From assembly GCA_002269645.1 (NCBI GenBank), contig NIVC01001325.1, positions 62,001-126,000 of the forward strand: a stretch of DNA of 64,000 nt, written 5' to 3'. Made by a program: the position numbers and the translations under genes. The notes below the pieces were generated by a model. That model had not been told where the DNA came from. It did no database searches and worked only from the letters and a program-made list of their open reading frames with translations. The stretch is from Macrostomum lignano (Eukaryota). Of this stretch, positions 1 through 18,000 are shown one piece after another; the stretch's first letter is position 1, and the number at the start of each line of letters is the position of its first letter.

Positions 1-60
1 GGTTGATTGAAAACCTGTGGATCTGAAAATTATAGAAATTCACTGAAAAATAGACGAAGG

Positions 61-515
61 TTAGGGTTAGAGTTATGGATAGGGTTAAATGTTTATGTTT
101 AAGGTTTGAGTTAGGGTTATAGTTAGGTTATTTTTTTTTAGAGGCAGGGGGGTTGTGTGCACCCTGGCGCAATTTAAGCGTCATTGGCACACAACCGGCG
201 AGAGGCATTACTGCCCATTCCGCCGACTCCCCTGAGCAGGCATACAAGCGCGCGGATACGTACGCAGGCACACACTCACACAGGAGTGTACAGCGGCCCT
301 AACTTTATCAATTGTTAGGCATGTACACTTCACTGCGCCTTGGGGGGTTGGCTCTCAAGGCCGTTAATTGCACAAGCGAGCCAAGCCGAGATTCCAATCC
401 AGCCCCAAATTAATGTGGCTGCACTTGGAATCGAGCCTGGGTCGCGGCACACCAGAGCAGCTGCGCTACCGCTGGGCTACGGCCCCCTCTATAGTTAGGT
501 TAGGGTTAGGGTTAG
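61..515. repeat. Degenerate telomere-like (TTAGGG) interstitial motifs flanking a SINE
   Basis: ttagggttag/ttagggttat at 61-130 and gttaggttagggttagggttag at ~493-515; short and degenerate, not a telomeric array. Confidence 0.5.
185..487 (-). mobile_element. tRNA-derived SINE, copy 1
   Basis: Minus strand begins gggggccgTAGCCCAGCGG (A box) ... GGCTCGATTCC (B box). The ~300-bp body aligns by eye along its length with the + strand copy at 32830-33136. Confidence 0.7.
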
Positions 516-660
516 TTTTTTCCAAAAGTTACCTCCAAACTATCTAAGACGTATCAATATGTAAGCAAAATATAAATCCTATAAACGTGAACTTTATTTC
601 CCCGACGGCTCAGCGTTTAAGACAGTTTCAACGGTCCATTGGTTTGGGGCGGGAGTGAAT

Positions 661-1292
661 CAAGGACTACTTAAGTAGAAGGACGCAAGGCTCAGAATTG
701 GTGAAAATTTCATTGGAGGCCGATTTTTCAATGCATCTCCTGTGTACGCTGTTGATCGTAAGATGCTTATTTTTGCGCAGAATAGGCAGTAACATATGCC
801 CTTTCATTAATTAATATTAATTCATTAATATTAATTATATCACTCACAGTCACGTGGCACAGAACAGCAATAGCTAATCAATAAATGAAATATAATAAAA
901 TATACTGTTCTATAGTAAAGTAAAAAATTAGGCTAGCTATTAGCAGCACTGATGTATCTAGATGCTGAAAATTTTCAGATCTACAGAAGTATGTCCTAGC
1001 ACGTACTAGGCCCTAATGGTAAAATGCGTTGACATAATAAGTCATTAAAAAAAACGAAAGGTACAACTCTATATCTAGCTATATATAATAAAATAAAATA
1101 AGGTTGCAATTTAAAAAGATTAAACTGCTGCACAACTGTTCTACACAGGTCGATAATATCTTGCAACGATTATAAAGCATGTAAACTACTTCTATTTCGG
1201 CTATGCATTGCATTACGAAAATCGGCCTCCAACGAATTTTCCACGAAAGTTGAATCTTGCGTCCTATATATACGTTGCTTAAGTCGTCCTTG
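661..1292. mobile_element. Non-autonomous TIR DNA transposon (CAAGGAC termini, 8-bp TSD; P- or hAT-like)
   Basis: Ends CAAGGACTACTTAAG... and ...CTTAAGTCGTCCTTG with imperfect inverted subterminal repeats; exact TSD GAGTGAAT at 653-660 and 1293-1300. Confidence 0.8.
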
Positions 1293-1987
1293 GAGTGAAT
1301 TTAAAAAAGGATATTGTGCAACGAAAAGAAAAGCAGGAAGTTACTATAAAGTCCGGAAATAGGGAATGGAACTGAAAATATGGGAGAGGCAGGGAGATTA
1401 GAGAGAGCGAGAGGGATGCGAAACGCCAAACCGTATCACCTGGGCTGATGTAGGCTAGGCCGGTAACGAGATCTGACTGGCAGGCACGGAGCAGGCGGCA
1501 CCCAGATGGAGACAGGAGGCAGAGAGACAGGGGATCTTAGGCACGCCTGCCAGTCATTTCAGCAGCCGGGCTGCCTGCTTTGTAGCAGAAATCGCTCCCG
1601 GGGGCAGGGGCACTCGGCTGGCTTCAGTCATGGCGAGGGCTTGGGAGAGAATACCTGTGCGGTGACACCCTGCGCCTCTCCTCCGTCCGCAGCCCTCCGC
1701 AGCTGCAGCCGAGCGTGACCGGAATAAGATTTGCTGCTGGGCCAACTTTCTCTCTCACCTGGGCTACTGTTCAGTTTCGTTCTACACTCTGCTCTCGATG
1801 CTGCTGCATTGACTCACCTGAATCGTCCTTGCTCTGAGCTTTTAGCACCTTCTCTTACTAATGGACAGCGTGGACTGGGACTCGGCTGTAGTGGGACTCG
1901 GCTGTTAATAAAGCCATAGTGCAGACAGGCTAAAAAAGAATCCATAGATAGATGTAGAAAAAGAAGATGTAGATAGAAGCCAACTTC

Positions 1988-2460
1988 GGGGAGGCAACAA
2001 AGAAAGGAATGAAAGTTTTTGAATAAACTACAGGTAGATTTTGGCCTTGTACAGTCGCTATTGTTGGTTTCCTGTGGAAAATGAGGCTTAAAGCCAAAAA
2101 GCATCAATCCTGAAAGCCAGAAATCCAGCCTAAGATACCAGCACCCCCTTTGAGCTTTGGCATCAAAGCCTCCTTTGGCTTAACCCTAATAATTGCTTTG
2201 ATGCCTGGCCTACCAACAACTCCCAATTGACCCTTGGCATCTCAAAAATTCACTAATGAGCCACAGAATTTCAGCGATTCTCCCCCATGAGCATTGACAT
2301 CTCAGCAACCTCCCCCCATGAGCCTTGACATCTCGGCAGCCTCCCCCCATGAGCCTTGACATCTCAGCAACCTCCCCCCATGAGCCTTGACATCTCAGCA
2401 ACCTCCCCCCATGAGTCTTGAAGTTTAGGAATTCCCGCATGAGCCTTGACATCTCAGAAA
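1988..2460. repeat. Dispersed repeat, copy 1, ending in a 29-bp minisatellite
   Basis: ~260 bp nearly identical to 12597-12855, followed by ~6 tandem copies of CATGAGCCTTGACATCTCAGCAACCTCCC(C). Confidence 0.8.
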
Positions 2461-3171
2461 TTCCACCTCAGAGCCACAGCATTTCACGGATAGATGGGTA
2501 AAATAGATAGGTATGTTGGTATACAGATAAGTAGAGCATTGGGAAGATGCTCGCTAGTCTGAAGCTCTGAGGAAGCGCCGACATTGCAGGCTTAAACACT
2601 GCTTACACACTGCTATGCTGCAAATTCAGATGGAGCAAATAAAAAGAAGAAAATGTTGAGAGGGAAGTTGCCAGAAAGACAAGAGGAAGACACGGAGAGA
2701 GAATAATATGAGAGGCTAAATAAAGAAATAGACTGCCTGAGCCGAAGCTCACTCCAGTGCTCACTTCATCCGTGCTATGGCGCTGCCCATCCCCAATCTC
2801 CTCTCGTGTGTCAACACGCCGCATTGACCACCCGGTTGCGGCGACGGATAACCGCGGGGCAGAGGCGGGGAAGACAGGGGAAGGCGAACTGTGGAGAAGG
2901 CAGCAGAGCGCATAACTTCTACCAAAGGATGCGGAAGATTTTCTCGGAGGGGCTGCTTGAACACGACAGCTTAGGTGACAACGTACCCTTCCGGAGAGCT
3001 CGCAAAGTACTTTGTTCCGATTGAAATAGCTGAGAAAATGTCTAACGTATTGGGTCAGGTTTTGATGTGCTTCAATAAATAGATAAATCATTTCAGACAC
3101 CCCTATGTACACCAGAAACTTTCCGTGACTAATATAAGCTGAGCCATGACGATTCCTTTTCAACATTGCAG

Positions 3172-8251
<5,080 letters not shown>

Positions 8252-9140
8252 CTCGGGTTGGGGATTTATCTCCCAAACACCAACACTCATTGCCGTAGAC
8301 TGAGCCATCCATCTGACTATAAAAATAATTTCAAACTTGAATTCCAAGAAAATTTAGATATTTTTTGCTTTGGTTCCAGAAGTTCAAAGGACTGTGCTTG
8401 AAATCCATGATGTCGGCTGGAAAATCACCGGATTAAATTTTCCCTGCATACTACTCGAGTAGGCAGCTAAGGAAATTTGTCAATATATTTTTAAAAGCTG
8501 TATTCGAACGGACCACTGCATAAACTTTAACTAAGTGTAAATTTTATTTTCCACACGCTGTCTGTTTTTATTGTGTGTTACTGTCCTTTAACACAGCATT
8601 AATCCCACTCTTCAAAACGTGTAGTTATGTATATTCGGTCCGTGAATAATCCCAAATTCTGTGTTTAATATTAATTCCCAGACTCTCACTGTAAAATCTT
8701 ATCGAGGGTATTGACTAGTTGAATCGCACTGAAGCATTGGCATCTATGAATATGATTATGTAGTCTTGTGTCACTGAATTCCTCCAGCAGCACTGCCAGA
8801 GCTTCATCCGATTCGCTGTTTTTGAAGTCTTGATATTTTTATACCCCGCCATTTGTTATAGAATAACCCTAGCAGACAAGTATTCAAGAAAAGTTCCGCA
8901 ACAAGCGTTGTCTGCTTCTGTTTGAAGAAATTATTTAAACCTCATCGCCGCCGTTTAATTAATCCAAAAATTTGTGAAAACCTCTCTTTAACTGAGTACA
9001 AAATATACTTTGCGGAAATAATCCCAATGCGCTCCTTGGCTTGTCGGCCAGTGCATAGCTCTGATACCCCGAGAGCTCTGAAATCCATTCAGTCGTCTCT
9101 TATATAAGTACATGTACTTTTAGCCCCCGTATGTATCCCT

Positions 9141-10350
9141 CAGACTATATTCAGTCTGCGTTCCCATCCCTCAGTCTGTATTCCCATCCCTCAGTGTGTA
9201 TTCCCATCCCTCAGTGTGTATTCCCATCCCTCAGTCTGTATTCCCATCCCTCAGTGTGTATTCCCATCCTCAGTGTGTATTCCCATCCCTCAGTCTGTAT
9301 TCCCATCCCTCAGTGTGTATTCCCATCCCTCAGTGTGTATTCCCATCCCTCAGTGTGTATTCCCATCCTCAGTCTGCGTTCCCATCCCTCAGTGTGTATT
9401 CCCATCCTCAGTCTGTATTCCCATCCCTCAGTGTGTATTCCCATCCCTCAGTGTGTATTCCCATCCCTCAGTGTGTATTCCCATCCCTCAGTGTGCGTTC
9501 CCATCCCTCAGTGTGTATTCCCATCCCTCAGTCTGCGTTCCCACCCCTCAGTCTGTATTCCCATCCCTCAATCTGCGTTCCCATCCCTCAGTGTGTATTC
9601 CCACCCCTCAGTGTGTATTCCCATCCTCAGTCTGTATTCCCATCCCTCAGTGTGTATTCCCATCCCTCAGTGTGTATTCCCATCCTCAGTGTGTATTCCC
9701 ATCCCTCAGTGTGTATTCCCATCCCTCAGTGTGCGTTCCCATCCCTCAGTGTGTATTCTCATCCCTCAGTCTGCGTTCCCACCCCTCAGTCTGTATTCCC
9801 ATCCCTCAATCTGCGTTCCCATCCCTCAGTGTGTATTCCCACCCCTCAGTGTGTATTCCCATCCTCAGTCTGTATTCCCATCCCTCAGTGTGTATTCCCA
9901 TCCCTCAGTGTGTATTCCCATCCTCAGTGTGTATTCCCATCCCTCAGTGTGTATTCCCATCCCTCAGTGTGTATTCCCATCCCCCAGTGTGTATTCCCAT
10001 CCATCAGTCTGTATTCAGATCATTCTGTCTGTTTTACCATCCCTCAGTGTGTATTCCCATCCCTCAGTGTGCATTCCCATCCCTCAGTCTGTATTCCCAT
10101 CCTCAGTCTGCGTTCCCATCCCTCAGTGTGTATTCCCATCCCTCAGTGTGTATTCCCATCCCTCAGTGTGTATTCCCATCCTCAGTCTGTATTCCCATTC
10201 TCAGTGTGTATTCCCATCCCTCAGTGTGTATTCCCATCCCTCAGTCTTCTGTTTTCCCATCCCTCAGTCTGTTTTCCCATCCCTCAGTGTGCATTCCCAT
10301 CCCTCAGTCTGTATTCCCATCCCTCAGTCTGCATTCCCATCCCTCAATCT
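9141..10350. repeat. 19-20 bp minisatellite (CAGTGTGTATTCCCATCCCT), ~60 copies
   Basis: Direct reading; lies between the convergent stomatin and NCX 3' ends. Confidence 0.97.
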
Positions 10351-12006
10351 GTATTAATATTTTAATTACAAAGAAATCTATTAAGTCTCTAAGCAGCTTC
10401 GAATGCCTCAGTTATTCACTTAAATTCCAATTAGGTTTAGTATATAATATTTTGTATTATATATTTTGCTTAGTTTTAGCATGTATAATATATTACTAAA
10501 AAGTAGTAGTTAACGCAAAGGACAGAAGACCAAAAACAGCAACCCTAAATGAACCCGCCGAGAAAACTGAAGAGGAGACAGATTGAAAATAAAAATTAAG
10601 CGCGCAGACAAAAAAGGCGATAGGCTCTCAGTGGAAGAGTTGATAAGGACGGGGGCAGGTTAATAACAAGAATTATTAATAAATATGATTCGAATTAATG
10701 TTAATAGCCTCGCGAACAGTAAGCAACTATTGTTAGGTTAGGGTACAAGCGTAGAACTTGGGAGAGTGAGTGGGTGAGTGAGAACAGTGAGCAATGTAAT
10801 AACAATAGCAAGGAAACATACTTTAGACTTTAGGCTTGAAAATGTCTCCCTATCAAAAATGAGCTAAATATTCGAATAAAATTTCAACACGAGGAAATTA
10901 AATAATAAGAAAAGCATGCAATAATTAATAAATTTTTACACATGGCTGACTTTGAATGAGATTTCAAACAGATTTGGACTAGGAGATTGCTATGTTGAGT
11001 TGCTATCACATTAAGAAAGCGTAGTATTCAAGAGCAGCACATCTAACAAAGATTTCTAGCCTAGCCATTCAGACTACATTCAAACAAAACTCGTTGTGCA
11101 CTACTAACGAGTAGAAACTGGTTTTTCAATCAGGGGGGGGGGATAAAGCGCAAAAACAAGAGAGCATGCAAGTATAATATATAATGCTTGTGTTGATTAT
11201 TTAAATAGGCACGCAGGCTGGAGTTTTACCTTGGAAACGAAAATATTGTTTTATTGTCGTAAATGATTTATTCCTTGCCTCAAAATAACTTTAAAGTAGG
11301 CCCTACCTTCGAGACCTTGCGTCTGCAGCGCAATCTAATTTGCATTCCCTAATAAGGAATCACTTGCCAAAGTAAAAATGGGATAGAACAGATTAACTAA
11401 TCCGTAGGGAAAAGGAAGCGAACACAATATGGCATACAGGAGGGCGAAAACGAGCGCTAAAATACTACTACTCGCGTTAGTAGTAATAGAGGTTGCGAAG
11501 CGAGTTTAAGCCTAGAAAAATAACAATGTTTATGAAGCGAAGGCGCTGTGTAATGAGAATATACAGCTATAAGCCGAGAGAGGCTTGGTCAGGTGGAACC
11601 GTCGCTTTCATTCGATGACATTTGAGATCCATTTTGTATACTAAATAAAATAGCATTCAGCATACCAGATGAATGATGCAACAATAGTTCAGCAAGGTAA
11701 GCACAAGCGAGGAACCCATTGGTAAAAGCCTGTCGGATTGAGATCTCGAGACGCGAACAGTCTAACAAAAAGAGAGGTGCTGCTAGAATTACAGGATTGA
11801 TTAAAGTTTCAAACGCGCTTCTGGCGTCAGGAGGTGAAACAGACAATTGAACCTAAGAATATGTCGGATGGGAAATGAAAACTTCATTGGGCAAGTATCT
11901 GGGAAGCTTGCTTATTAGCTGTTTTGTGAATTTAGCCGCCTATACTGCAGGACTTGCCGTCGGGCTAAAATAGTTTAGCAAAGCTGCAGATGGCGCCGCC
12001 AAACGA

Positions 12007-15000
12007 TCAGAATCCGTCGATGTAGCAGTAGTTCTCCAACGCCGACAGTATGATGTAGGTGACCCAGAGGCCCAGGAACACGGTGGTGGTGATCACCTTG
12101 GGCACGAAGGGTCCGCCCAGCTCGCCGCCGACCGGCTTCAGGCGGCGCAGCATCATGATCATGATGGCGACCAGGGCCTCGACGCAGAACACTGTGACTG
12201 AGAAGCCTAGGGAGCCAGACTCAACAAGGAACTCGCTTCCATCGCTCCAGTGGTAAATGGCAGCAATTGACCAGGCGACTCCAATGCCAAGGAATACGTT
12301 CACAGCGTTGCTGCCTGTCACGTTGCCCACGGAACTGTCGGCGTTTGAGTCACCGATGGCGGCCACCTTGGAGGCAAATGTGTCTGTAAGAAGGGAGAAA
12401 ATCGTGCTTAAATTTGATGCAACGTCTGTACTGTACATGAGAGCCATCCAATGAGAAAGTGCAACACATGTAGTACCACTATTCTACAGCTGAGAGGCCC
12501 AGAGCTTGGGCTTGGCTTTTGAGCCTTCGAATTTGGGTCGACTTTCGAATTTTACTTTTAGCAAATTTTAGATAGCAATCTTCACCCCCCCCCATTGGGG
12601 GAGGCAGCAAAGAAAGGAATGAAAGTTTTTGAATAAACTACAGGTAGCTTTTGACCTTGTACAGTCGCTTTTGTTGGTTTCTTGTGGAAAATGAGGCTTA
12701 AAGCCAAAAAGCATCAGTCCTGAAAGCTAGCTATCCAGCCTAAGATATCAGCACCCCCTTTGAGCTTTGGCATCAAAGCCTCCTTTGGCTTAACCCTAAT
12801 CTTGCTTTGATGCCTGGCCTACCAACAACTCCCAATTGACCCTTGGCATCTCAGCAACCCCCCTTCCATGAGTCACGGCATTGACATCTCAGAAATTCTC
12901 ACATGTGCCTTGACATCTCAGCGGTTCCCTAAATTCCCTAATTTTCAGCGTAAGCCAAATTATAGAAAAAATAGCCAGACTCTCACCAGGTAGGCTGGTG
13001 CCCAAAGCAACGAAGGTTATGGCGGTGACCGCATCGGTGAGTCCTACAGTGCAGCCGAAGCTGGAAGCCAGGTCGCCGATCAGAGCGGTGAGCAAACCGA
13101 TTCCGCTTATGGACACCGTGAAGCAGAGCCAACCGCTGAGGTAATCTGAAATTTATTTATACGATCTTGTCATTATTGGTATATTTACACCCAGGCACAA
13201 TAGCAATTGTAAAGAACTTTTACCCAGACACTATGACAAGTAAAAACGGTCATTGATCGCAATGTCACTTCACCGTAATGACCTCTGCTTAATGACAATT
13301 CAATCAATGCAGCTAATATGAAGCGAGAATTTAAGTTAATGGCCAAGTTCACGAGTGCGTGTAGCATAATTATTAACCTTTCATTACTACACCTATTATC
13401 TAATCTGACCGTCAATTCCAACTGTCCCTTGCCACGCGTAATCAATGTGCATAATCTTCGCCCAGGTGATTAATCAGTTCGCCCTCTCGTCCAATCAAAT
13501 CAAACTTGAAAGTGTGAAATAATGGCCAAAAAAGTGTGTTAAATTGACCGATGTGCTGGGTAAAAATACTATACAATGCGCTTGTATAGTATAATGCATC
13601 GTTGAAAAATGGCAAAACGCGAGTGCGTGTACACACTTGCGAATTGTATAGAATTTTTTTGATTTGATTGGACGAGAGATGGGGTGGGTGAACTGATGGG
13701 GTCACGTGGGCAGAGACTAAGATGCACATTGATTGCGCGTGCCGAGTGACAGTTGGAATTGACAATCAGATAAGATAATCGGTGAGTCTTTAATTAGTCA
13801 TAAATTTTTCATTAGTTCAATAAAATCATGGCAGTGTGCCTGCTCTTATCATGGTGCAATAATGGCCGTTTTGAATCGTTATTGTCTTTAAAATGGCATC
13901 TGTGCTGGACATGCACTAGTTTGGTAGGTAGGTGAGTTAAACAATGGCCGAGTTGAGAGTGTTCACTTTAAAAATGAAACTCCCACTTGCCTGTCGGCGG
14001 AACAAAAGCAAAAAGGAGCTTCCAGAAGATTGTGAGGAAGTGCATGACGTAGTCCACACACGAGGGCAGCTTCTCCTCTCCATCTTCGTCGGCTCCGCCA
14101 TCTTCGTCATCACCTGTCGATGGAGGAGGTACAAAAAATTGTAATTTTAGTTGTTAATCTTTTCACCGATTCAGCTGCTCAGCAACTCATGCAGAGGTGC
14201 CCGAGATTCTCTCTGCATGTTTACTATAAGCCAGGGGCTACGAGTGGAAGACACCATGTATATCCACACTCAACAGCAGCATGTTGGCTCGGCATGCAAT
14301 TCTATTCTAATTTTTCAACTCGCTTTGAAAAACTGAATTTTAAGAAAAAATTCTTGATAATAAATAGCCCAAGCCTGTCTCTCATGAGATAATCCGACCG
14401 ACTGACTTGCACTTTACACCTCAAAACTCAATGGATCAACAACCAAATGCCTGTCCCTGTTGAAACTCTGAGTTAGGAAAAATGGGGGTATTATCTATAA
14501 CTGGCCACCAGCTTCTGGTTGAAAATGCTAATGAGCCGACTGTCAAAACACCTGGGCTTTTCTACAACGCACGATTTACGACAGACGATGTCGGGGCTAG
14601 AGAACAGACAGTCGCTAAACCGGTTGAAGCTGGAAAGTCTCTGGCTAAAGAGATGAAGGCAAGCAATAAAGTTGAACAGAAAGTTAAAGAAAATAACAAA
14701 AAGGCCTAAAAATCTGGGTTTACCTTTTCGGAGAGTTGATAAAATAAACACAAAAGTGTCACATCACACTATAGAACAGAAAGGGAAGCTAGACAGACCC
14801 CCCGGACAATCATTTCTTTGAGAGACATACACTCGTTCGATGCATCCGGGTCGCCTGAAAAGTGGACAAAATTAGCAAAGCCGGTGAAGTTGCTTCGGAT
14901 CAGATAGCCAAATGAGACAGGATACAGGGATCAGAGTACGGTGTTTTAGTATAGGATTTACAGTAATCTTACTTAAACTTACCGATTTCATGGACCCCTA

Positions 15001-18000
15001 GGACTGCCCACGAAGTCTCTTAATTAAGCTAATACGAAGTACGAGAGTAGTCGAGTAGTGCGGTTGCACTGATAATTGACAATCGATAATGGTGAATAAT
15101 GAAGGCTAGCCCAACCCCGGCACCCCAGGATTAGCTTCTAAGAAGCGACACCAGCAATCAGAAGTGCACCGAAATTGATGAGCTAGAAATTTTTATCAAA
15201 TGAGATTTGCCCCAACTGGCAGCTCCACTTGGAAGATCAGGGCGTCATCAAAGCGGTGACGAAAATTTAATTTATCAGAGAGGCAAAAATCCCAATGGAG
15301 ATTCCGTCCTTTCAATTTGCCCGAGCAGAAGTATAAGCTGAGAGTAAAGTTCAGCTGATTGGAAAAGGTGACACGACAAAAAACACCCGGCTGGGGCAAA
15401 AGAAAACAGTCTTTTTTAGTTTAGAAGTTCAAAGCCTGCTTGGAGACAATCACAATCCTCGCAATCCAGGTGTAAAACGCGTGAACTTGACACACTTACC
15501 ATCCGACTAAATAAATATTGGGCACAGTTTATATGAATATTTGAAGCAAAGGCTTTCTAAATGAAAATTGTTATAATAATGTTTAATTGTTTATTTGATT
15601 TAAATAAGGAGAGACAATGTACTAGCGGCGATCAGCGATTTGATGCTGCTGATATCACTGAAATGATTGGGCTGCGTCTGTAGAGGAGCGCATTGCTATG
15701 CAAGTAAAGGTACATCAGGGCTTGCTTGCACCTTGCCAATCGATGATATTCTGAGCTATTTTATCAACATGTAGATTGATTCACAGTCAGAGACAATCAC
15801 GTCACGTCGTCAGAGTACGCTTGGACCGAGGCGGCTCCACTACTGTGCTTCAAGTGCTACTCAAACTTTATGTGGATAAACACCATTGCTTGACGAATTT
15901 GTTTATCCAAAAAAGTCTGGGGTTAGTTTATCAGTTGGTGAATTACCTGAGCTGACAGTGATGGCTTCAATGAATTGTTCCTTCCAGGACGAGGTTCCAA
16001 CAACAAGGGACAGGTTGGCCTTCTTCAGCATGCGATCCACGGTGTTCTGCAGACAAAGAGTAGTTAGCAGCGCTATTTCACTATTTTTGCTTAAACCTTT
16101 GCGAAATTGCGTTTGGTTAATTATAACAGACTTACCTTGAATTCCGTGCTCTCAATGATTGTCACCTTGATCTTGACGAACTCGCCAAGCTTGGGCCGGC
16201 CGCCTTCATCGATCTGGGAGCATTCCCTGTCCTCTTCCAGGTGATGGCCTGCAGGAGTACGGTTAAGGTAGAAGCAAGCTTGAGGGTGACTGAACAGCTG
16301 GTTCGACTGGAGTTATGTTTTATGAGGAGAGTCGGTATTATAGTCTGGCGATGAAATCAATGGTCTCAGTTGAGTGAGCTTGGAATGGTTTTGGAGGTCA
16401 GACTGAAGATGATCTCAGCAATGTTTCGCGCGGAGCTGACAATTTATTTTTACTTGATCGGATAGATTTCAGAGCGGAAAAGTACTGGTTAATCGCGCCT
16501 AGAATCGCAGAGCAGATTAGCACCTGAATAGTTGATATTCCATTGCACTGGTTGTTATGTCCGAGTAATCTGGCCAAGAAAAACCAGACTGACCAGACTT
16601 CACTCCTGAAGAATTTATTTGCCCCACTATTTCGGAGTCAGTCTGTTTTAATCTTCTTGCACATTTTCAAAAAAATATGTTCTGCATTTCATGTTTTCAC
16701 AAAGCACTTTTTCATATTTTTCTAGTCCAACCAAGGCTGCCAATCCCGCCTGTGGAGCCGCGAGACTGGGGGGTGCCAGTCCTCTGTTATGGGGGAACAC
16801 GCAGATAGGCCTGTAGCACACACTTGAACGGGCAAAGAGGCATCGGATGAGGAATACACCACCATTGAAAGGGTTCAGAAATGAAAGTGAAAAAGAGAGG
16901 ACTACAGGGGGCACAAATGTTTCTAGCCAAAGTGACATTTCGCCCTTAACCCACGCACGCCGCGCGCGCGAGCAAAAACCATGTCTGGCTGATCCCAGCT
17001 GGTCAAATCAATCAGAAGGTCGGCAGACTCGGACAGAAGAGACAGAGAGCCCCGATTGTGAATGACACGCGTTTGGCGCCCAAGCTCCGGGAGCCGCTGG
17101 CTGAATGGGCCTGCCTTGCAGCGCATGAATGAATCGGTTGCTATCGGCCATCCAGTCTGGGCTATCTGGCGGGCGCAGCATACCCCACCCCCGTTCCAAA
17201 TATAAAGAATCCAGAAATCAGAAATTGAATGGCAGGTCGGAAATTGACTTTGGCAGACCGCTGCCTGGGCATCAAGATATGGCGACTCCTAGAAGTTTTT
17301 GTCACCTCCAGTTTGGCATAAATTGACGAGAGGAACAATGGCGCTCTGAGGGCGTTCGTCCTTTTGTAGAAACGCTTGGTCTTCTAATTTGCTAAACGAA
17401 ACTAAGCCAAAAAATGGAATTCGAAAGTTGAAATCTTTGCGAAGCTTTAATTGTTAGTTCAAATGCGCTCGCACAACAGAAAAAGTACAGTCCTGTACTG
17501 CATTACTTCAACTAGCTCATCCGCCATGCAGGCTAATACGAGGCAAGGACTACTAAATTAGAAGGACGCAGCGCCCGAAATCTATGGAAAATGTTTTGAA
17601 GGCCACTTCTCGCCGAAAAACACACTACGGAGATAGGAGGTTTTCATTTTTTCAGCACAAAACTTGCTATTGCTTTCAATAGGAAGCAGACCCAATGTTC
17701 ATCTTTTGATATGTTGTGCCTTTCTTATAGTTCTATTGATATTCATAAAGCTTTTCGTTCAGAAAATTAGGATTCTATGTTAATTTCTTATCCTACGTAC
17801 AATTGCATATGTCCTGTGCCTAAAAACCCTTAAAATGGCATGGCTCAGCTCATTGGTTTTATGAATCTATTTTGTCATTCTTAGCTGTGTAACAAATATG
17901 TGTTTACAGCAGAGATGGATAAAATAGATTTATAAAACCACATACTCGAGCTGTGCCATGTATTTAATGATTTTTAGGTACAGGAAACATACGCAGAATA

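Noticed and set aside
1640-1830. Three minus-strand donor-like sites (cag|gtgagt, cag|gtgaga, cag|gtattc) in GC-rich DNA
   Set aside because: No matching acceptors or recognisable peptide in any frame; no stomatin N-terminal sequence found there either.
14482-14709. 75-aa + strand ORF inside an NCX intron
   Set aside because: No recognisable family or splice context; possibly a transposon remnant, but unsupported.
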